DNA from: a plasmid
Length of the DNA stretch: 10,856 bases
Reading direction: 5' to 3' (one strand)
Sequence record: NZ_AP023044.1
The notes under the pieces are model-generated. The model searched no databases and was not told the origin of the DNA. It saw nothing but the letters and a program-made list of their open reading frames with translations. Position 1 is the first letter of the stretch; every line of letters starts with the position of its first letter. The position numbers and the translations under genes are program-made. Positions 6,923 to 10,856 of this stretch are shown piece after piece.

Positions 6923-8246
6923 TGTTCGTACTTTCCATTAAAGGTTTCAAATCGGGGTTGTATTTGATGTTTTTATCAAAGATACAAGAAACTACATGTG
7001 GGGGTATTTTAAAATCCTCAAAATCTATGTCTAGGTCTTTAAACTTGGCTCGTATATTTCTGCTTCCATTTTGAGAGATTTGGGCATGCTTGTAGCCGTC
7101 AATTAAAATCATATTTTGCCAGCGATCTAAAACAGAAAACTCATTTTGATCTCTAGCTAGAGCTAATGGCACAATATGGTGCAGTTCAAACCCACTTTTG
7201 TGCATGGCCTGCTTATTGATTTTATGTTGCTTAAAGTATTCCTCTTTTTCTGCTTGCGATCGCTTTAATTTGGTTTTGTCCTTAATAAGTCCCATATCCC
7301 CCACTCTCAAATTTAGCTCCCCCTTGCGTTTATCACCTATGCCAAATAACACGTTATCTTTGAGCAACATGAACATCTGTTGGGCTTCATTAATCCAGTT
7401 ATGGTAGTCCCTAAGGGCTGTTTTATCAAGTCCTTTATAAATGTCATTTTCCTTTGGATTGGCGTATTTTTTAATACACTCCGCAATCTGCTCTCTTTGA
7501 AATTTAGACAAAGCTCTAAACTCACAAATCAAATCCACAATATACGCTTGACTATTCTCAATATCTGAAATAAAGAAGGCAAATTCCTCTAGGCTGATAC
7601 TTGGGACATTGTGGTGGCTAAGTTCAAGCATCAAGGCATACAGCGTATTTTCAAAGCCTCCATGCAGATTTGTGAGCGCATCCGTCCACAGCCTGCTTAA
7701 TACGAATGGATTAGGTGGTTCTTGCAAAGAAGCTTGTAAAAATTTTTCTCCAAGTGGGCTAAGATTGACATAATAAGTTATGTGGCGTTCTCCTACTAGA
7801 TTTAATTTTAATTTTTTATTAAATCTACAGATCAAGCCCATTCTTTCCATGTCTACAAAAATATTTTTACGCAAGCTATCTTGGGTGATTCTGCCTAGAG
7901 TGCGTGATAATTGGGTGGTCATCTGTGCGTATAGAGATTCCTCATGGGTGTTAGTAGGTCTCTTGGATAAGTCTGTAGTTCTAATTCTTAGGTGTGAAAT
8001 TTTATTATTTTCTAAAGTTTCTTTCAAAACTCTTAGAATAGCAATAATAACCTCTTTGGTGTAGCGATTATGCTGTGATAAGTGCAAACCACGATAAGTA
8101 TCTTTTTGGATTCTTTGGAATAAATACTTTGACACATCACCGGGGATACCCAAACACATATCGGTTTTTAAATTCTCTAAAGTGTAGCGGTAAGACAAAA
8201 AATAAAGACTCCTAAGCAAGATTTGGTAGTTGCCCCAAATACTCAA
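6900..8246 (-). CDS. HNH-family endonuclease with a large N-terminal domain of unrecognised fold; probable restriction endonuclease of the adjacent MTase pair, with type IIS-like architecture.
   Basis: C-terminal 'FELHHIVPLALARDQNEFSVLDRWQNMILIDGYKHAQIS' (nt ~7064-7184) fits the HNH ββα-Me pattern (HH...N...N/H) but lacks zinc-ligand cysteines. The 350-aa N-terminal region is presumably for DNA recognition. The gene converges on and overlaps the 3' end of the second MTase by 23 nt. The start is uncertain: the ORF as drawn begins with TTG at 8246, and the first in-frame ATG is at 8159 (aa 30). Neither has a good Shine-Dalgarno sequence. Confidence 0.7.
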   Translation of the reverse strand: MSIWGNYQILLRSLYFLSYRYTLENLKTDMCLGIPGDVSKYLFQRIQKDTYRGLHLSQHNRYTKEVIIAILRVLKETLENNKISHLRIRTTDLSKRPTNTHEESLYAQMTTQLSRTLGRITQDSLRKNIFVDMERMGLICRFNKKLKLNLVGERHITYYVNLSPLGEKFLQASLQEPPNPFVLSRLWTDALTNLHGGFENTLYALMLELSHHNVPSISLEEFAFFISDIENSQAYIVDLICEFRALSKFQREQIAECIKKYANPKENDIYKGLDKTALRDYHNWINEAQQMFMLLKDNVLFGIGDKRKGELNLRVGDMGLIKDKTKLKRSQAEKEEYFKQHKINKQAMHKSGFELHHIVPLALARDQNEFSVLDRWQNMILIDGYKHAQISQNGSRNIRAKFKDLDIDFEDFKIPPHVVSCIFDKNIKYNPDLKPLMESTNTSLLHAL

Positions 8247-8328
8247 TTCAATGTAAGTGTACTACAAAGTTCCAGCATATTTTAGAAAAAGCAATTAAAA
8301 GCTCTTACAATCCCCTAAAACCCCTTCA

Positions 8329-8336
8329 CCCCCCCC
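8329..8336. repeat. Homopolymeric C(8)/G(8) tract ~83-90 nt upstream of the HNH gene start.
   Basis: 'caCCCCCCCCaaacc'. Further C-runs, 'cccctaaaacccc' and 'aacccccaaac', lie nearby. Such tracts are unusual in this ~38% GC sequence. Confidence 0.5.
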
Positions 8337-8475
8337 AAACCATACTTGAATACTCCTAACCCCCAAACTTTCGCTCTATGACCCCTTTAAAGCGATTTAA
8401 ACGCTATCTTTGTTTCACCGCTCTGTTTTTGTTGCCTTATCCGCACTCGTTGCTTTATCTGAACGCGCGTAAAAC

Positions 8476-8495
8476 TCCGTCCTTTAGGGCGGAGA
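8476..8495 (+). repeat. Left-end subterminal imperfect hairpin of the IS.
   Basis: CTCCGTCC / GGGCGGAG stem with one G-T wobble and a TTTA loop. Same strand and loop as the right-end hairpin. Confidence 0.45.
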
Positions 8496-8516
8496 TGTAA
8501 GCGCACAGACGCATAA

Positions 8517-8933
8517 CTAAACAGGTGTTTCTTGCTCTTGGATATAGCGTTTAATCAGCTCCAAAGGAGCACCGCCACAACTGCCAGCAAAATAGCTAGG
8601 CGACCACAAGTGATCACCCCATAATGTGTTACAAACACTTTTAAACTGCTGGGCACGCACCCTTCTAGAGCTCACACCTTTCAAAGAATTAACCAGCTTA
8701 GAAATACTCACTTTGGGTGGGTAGTTGATGAGCAAATGCACATGATCAGATTCTCCATCAAACTCTACTAACTCGCTTTCAAAGTCCTCACACACTTTTT
8801 TAAAGACTTCGCCTAGAAAGTCTATCACTTCTTTGCTGAAAGCCTTACGCCTATATTTTGTTACAAAGACCAAATGTACATGCAAGAGAAATACACAATG
8901 TCTGCCGTGTCTAATATCACTAGACTTTACCAT
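8517..8933 (-). CDS. tnpA: IS200/IS605-family Y1 (HuH) transposase TnpA.
   Basis: 138 aa with HuH motif 'HVHLLI' and catalytic-Tyr region 'SPSYFAGSCGGAPLELIKRYIQEQ'. The N-terminal 'HCVFLLHVHLVFVTKYRRK' is typical of IS200 TnpA. Confidence 0.9.
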   Translation of the reverse strand: MVKSSDIRHGRHCVFLLHVHLVFVTKYRRKAFSKEVIDFLGEVFKKVCEDFESELVEFDGESDHVHLLINYPPKVSISKLVNSLKGVSSRRVRAQQFKSVCNTLWGDHLWSPSYFAGSCGGAPLELIKRYIQEQETPV

Positions 8934-8967
8934 AGACCAATATTAACATAAATGCTAAACTCCAAAA

Positions 8968-10230
8968 ATGCAGATCAATAAGGGTTTTAAATACCGCTTG
9001 TTCCCTACAAAAGAGCAAAAGGCTTTACTCAAGCACCATTTTTTCATTTACAACCAAGCCTATAATATCTGCCTAAACTTGCAACAAGAGCAATACAACA
9101 CGAATAAGACCCTAGAGAAAAGCCAAAGACAATGGTCAAGCTCTAGTGCCTTAGACACAAAGATTAAGTATCATCTTAAACAAAGAGATTTAAGCTTTTC
9201 TAGTGTTGTGGCGCAACAAAGCCGTATCAACGCGCAAAAAGCTCTCAAAAGTGCTTTAACCCTCAAAGATAGAGGCTTTCCCAGTTTTAAAAACTCCAAG
9301 ATTGCTAAACAGAGCTTTAATTGGAATAATCAAGGTTACTCCATTAAAGATTGCAACAAACGCTTTAAGATTTTAAGACTGATGCGCCAAGATTTTAAAG
9401 TGCGCTGGTCTAGGGATTTGCCTAAAGATTGCACCATTAAACAAATCACTTTTTCTTGCCTGAATGAACGCTATTTTGTGAGCTTTAGCGTGGAATACCA
9501 TAGGGACATCACGCCCTTAAAAACCCTAAGCCACCAAGACAAAGCCATAGGTTTAGATTTAAATATCCATGACATCGCTTTAAGTGACGGGACTCTCATT
9601 CCTACGCATTCTAAGACATTTAACTTAGCTAAATATAATTTAGCCTTTAAAAGACTGCAAAGAAAACAGAGTCGCAGGGTTTTAAAGTCTAAACAGACCA
9701 AAACAAAACTAGGGAGGAATTTTTACAAATGCCAAAATTCTTTGAATGCCATTTTTACTAAATCTAAACACAAGAAGGAAGATAGGTATCACAAAATCAC
9801 AAGCGGACTTTCTAACAAGTTTGAATTGGTAGCAGTTGAGAACTTACAAGTCAAGAATATGACCAAGAGAGCTAAACTTAGGAATGTGAAACAAAAGAGT
9901 GGCTTGAATAGGTCTATTCTTAATACCTCATTCTACCAAATCATCAAATTCTTAGAATACAAACAACAGCATAATGGCAAACTTTTTGTGAAAGTCCCTC
10001 CGCAATACACGAGCAAAACCTGTCATCATTGCGGGAATATCAACCGCCAACTTAAGTTAAATCATAGAGAGTATTGCTGTCCTGTATGTGAATACACAGA
10101 GCATAGGGACATCAATGCCGCTAAGAATATCTTAAGAGCGGGGTTAAAGTCTCTTGGGTTAGGAATTAGCCTTGCAGACTCTAAACAGCAAAGCCTTTCG
10201 AGTTCAGAAACCCTAGTTTCTGTTAGTTAG
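8968..10230 (+). CDS. tnpB: IS605-family TnpB (OrfB); RuvC-like RNA-guided nuclease of the OMEGA class.
   Basis: 420 aa. RuvC-I 'IGLDLNIHD', RuvC-II 'VAVENLQVKNM', RuvC-III 'HRDINAAKNI' and zinc finger 'CHHCGN...CCPVCEY' are all intact. The gene diverges from tnpA with a 34-bp spacer. Confidence 0.9.
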   Translation: MQINKGFKYRLFPTKEQKALLKHHFFIYNQAYNICLNLQQEQYNTNKTLEKSQRQWSSSSALDTKIKYHLKQRDLSFSSVVAQQSRINAQKALKSALTLKDRGFPSFKNSKIAKQSFNWNNQGYSIKDCNKRFKILRLMRQDFKVRWSRDLPKDCTIKQITFSCLNERYFVSFSVEYHRDITPLKTLSHQDKAIGLDLNIHDIALSDGTLIPTHSKTFNLAKYNLAFKRLQRKQSRRVLKSKQTKTKLGRNFYKCQNSLNAIFTKSKHKKEDRYHKITSGLSNKFELVAVENLQVKNMTKRAKLRNVKQKSGLNRSILNTSFYQIIKFLEYKQQHNGKLFVKVPPQYTSKTCHHCGNINRQLKLNHREYCCPVCEYTEHRDINAAKNILRAGLKSLGLGISLADSKQQSLSSSETLVSVS

Positions 10231-10270
10231 GAAGCTCCTCCCTTTAGGGAGGGGTGATTCACCTGCTGTC
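10080..10270 (+). ncRNA. Putative TnpB-associated omega-RNA (right-end-derived guide RNA scaffold). Extent is a guess.
   Basis: By established knowledge, IS200/IS605 omega-RNAs overlap the tnpB 3' end and the right-end hairpin, with the guide read from DNA immediately beyond the right end. Only the right-end hairpin is directly visible here. Confidence 0.3.
10235..10254 (+). repeat. Right-end subterminal hairpin of the IS, probably part of the omega-RNA scaffold.
   Basis: CTCCTCCC-TTTA-GGGAGGGG, starting 5 nt after the tnpB stop codon. Confidence 0.45.
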
Positions 10271-10470
10271 CATTCTTAGTTCAACTGCCTTCCTTTCCAC
10301 TCCTCCTTCCAAAAACTTGAGTGCTCCCTAGCCCTAGATACTCTAAGACCACCTATCCAATCATCCTCGCTTCAAAAGCCCTCTCTTGGGGGGTTTGGGG
10401 GGCTTGCCCCCCAAGATAAATCCTCATAGATGCCAAGCGTCAGCTTGGCTTACCTAGTCCGGTACGGGGC

Positions 10471-10556
10471 AAATCTTAAAAAAATTTTAAAATTTTTTTT
10501 CTTAAAAATTAAAATAAAATGAGAAAAACTTTTTTTTATTTGAGAAAATAGGGCAA
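10471..10556. promoter_or_regulatory. AT-rich (>90% A+T) tract; candidate DNA-unwinding element of the iteron origin.
   Basis: 'aaatcttaaaaaaattttaaaattttttttcttaaaaattaaaataaaatgagaaaaacttttttttatttgagaaaata' lies ~150 bp upstream of the iteron array. It is followed by TGGCCAAAAATGGCCA (10561-10576). Confidence 0.4.
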
Positions 10557-10591
10557 AAAGTGGCCAAAAATGGCCATTTTGCTATACATAT

Positions 10592-10625
10592 CCGCGCACA
10601 TGCGCATCATGCGCGGGTTTTTAAC
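10592..10625 (+). terminator. GC-rich hairpin followed by a T-run; candidate rho-independent terminator or origin structural element.
   Basis: CCGCGCA (10592-10598) pairs with TGCGCGG (10610-10616). An alternative inner perfect palindrome is GCGCAT-C-ATGCGC (10602-10614). Followed by 'GGGTTTTTAACCTTTTT'. It would block read-through from the IS or tnpB into the origin. Confidence 0.35.
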
Positions 10626-10710
10626 CTTTTTAAAGAGCTTACGCTCTTTTAACCTTTTAGGCACCCCGCGAAGCCCGTGTGGGAGGGAGCTCCCGGAGGG
10701 TAATAGGGGG

Positions 10711-10798
10711 TAAAATCCGCACTGATAGGGGGTAAAATCCGCACTGATAGGGGGTAAAATCCGCACTGATAGGGGGTAAAATCCGCTTTTGATAGTAT
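10711..10798 (+). repeat. Iterons: three perfect 22-bp direct repeats TAAAATCCGCACTGATAGGGGG, plus a degenerate fourth unit and a partial leading unit; RepA-binding origin.
   Basis: Units at 10711-10732, 10733-10754 and 10755-10776 are identical. 10777-10798 'taaaatccgcttttgatagtat' is half-conserved. 10701-10710 'taataggggg' resembles a unit tail. The array is tandem and spacer-less, so it is not CRISPR, and it sits immediately upstream of repA across the window junction. Confidence 0.8.
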
Positions 10799-10856
10799 GT
10801 TTTAAGTTCAAAGCATATACAATACATAGAAATTAATGGAAAAAAGCGGCTTAAAA

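Larger units (their letters stand above)
8458..10264 (+). mobile_element. IS200/IS605-family insertion sequence (IS605/IS606-like: divergent tnpA and tnpB). Boundaries are approximate.
   Basis: Intact Y1 transposase and TnpB genes are flanked by similar subterminal hairpins on the same strand: left end 8476-8495 'CTCCGTCC-TTTA-GGGCGGAG', right end 8235+2000 region 10235-10254 'CTCCTCCC-TTTA-GGGAGGGG'. Boundaries are placed by analogy with IS608, where cleavage lies ~19 nt 5' of the left-end hairpin and ~10 nt 3' of the right-end hairpin. The left flank 'TTTAT' at 8454-8458 resembles the IS605 target TTTAA. The right end could lie further right, anywhere up to ~10450. Confidence 0.6.

Noticed and set aside
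10711-10798. The 22-bp direct repeats could be mistaken for a CRISPR array.
   Set aside because: The units are contiguous with no spacers, lie next to an AT-rich tract and, on a circle, next to repA. This is iteron architecture.
10536-10811. 91-aa minus-strand ORF across the iterons and GC palindromes.
   Set aside because: It runs through tandem repeats and palindromes of the origin and has a repeat-driven composition. It is almost certainly non-coding.

Overview
The window reads as a near-complete ~10.9-kb Helicobacter-type iteron plasmid, linearised at the start of its rep gene. Contents, in order: (1) a Rep_3-family RepA (1-1755) with Thr/Pro-rich and Gln-rich low-complexity ends. (2) A nested inverted-repeat cluster (1942-2068) that I treat as a candidate oriT/operator, a -10 element, a small coiled-coil ORF (2129-2434) and a MOBV/Mob_Pre-like HUH relaxase with a very long coiled-coil tail (2452-4860). 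(3) A 500-bp non-coding region with tandem AT-rich repeats and a GT-rich tract (4861-5361). (4) A restriction-modification module with type IIS-like architecture: two overlapping beta-class amino-methyltransferases (5362-6180 and 6164-6922, the second with a GTG start) plus a convergent, 3'-overlapping HNH-type endonuclease gene (6900-8246, minus). A poly-C(8) tract lies upstream of that gene. (5) An intact IS605/IS606-family insertion sequence: Y1/HuH tnpA (8517-8933, minus) diverging from tnpB (8968-10230, plus), subterminal TTTA-loop hairpins, and a presumed omega-RNA. (6) G/C-tract hairpins, a terminator-like GC hairpin, an AT-rich unwinding region, GC palindromes and 22-bp iterons (10711-10798). 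On a circle the iterons lie directly upstream of repA; the last 21 nt of the window read in frame into position 1. All family assignments rest on motifs read from the supplied translations; no database search was possible.
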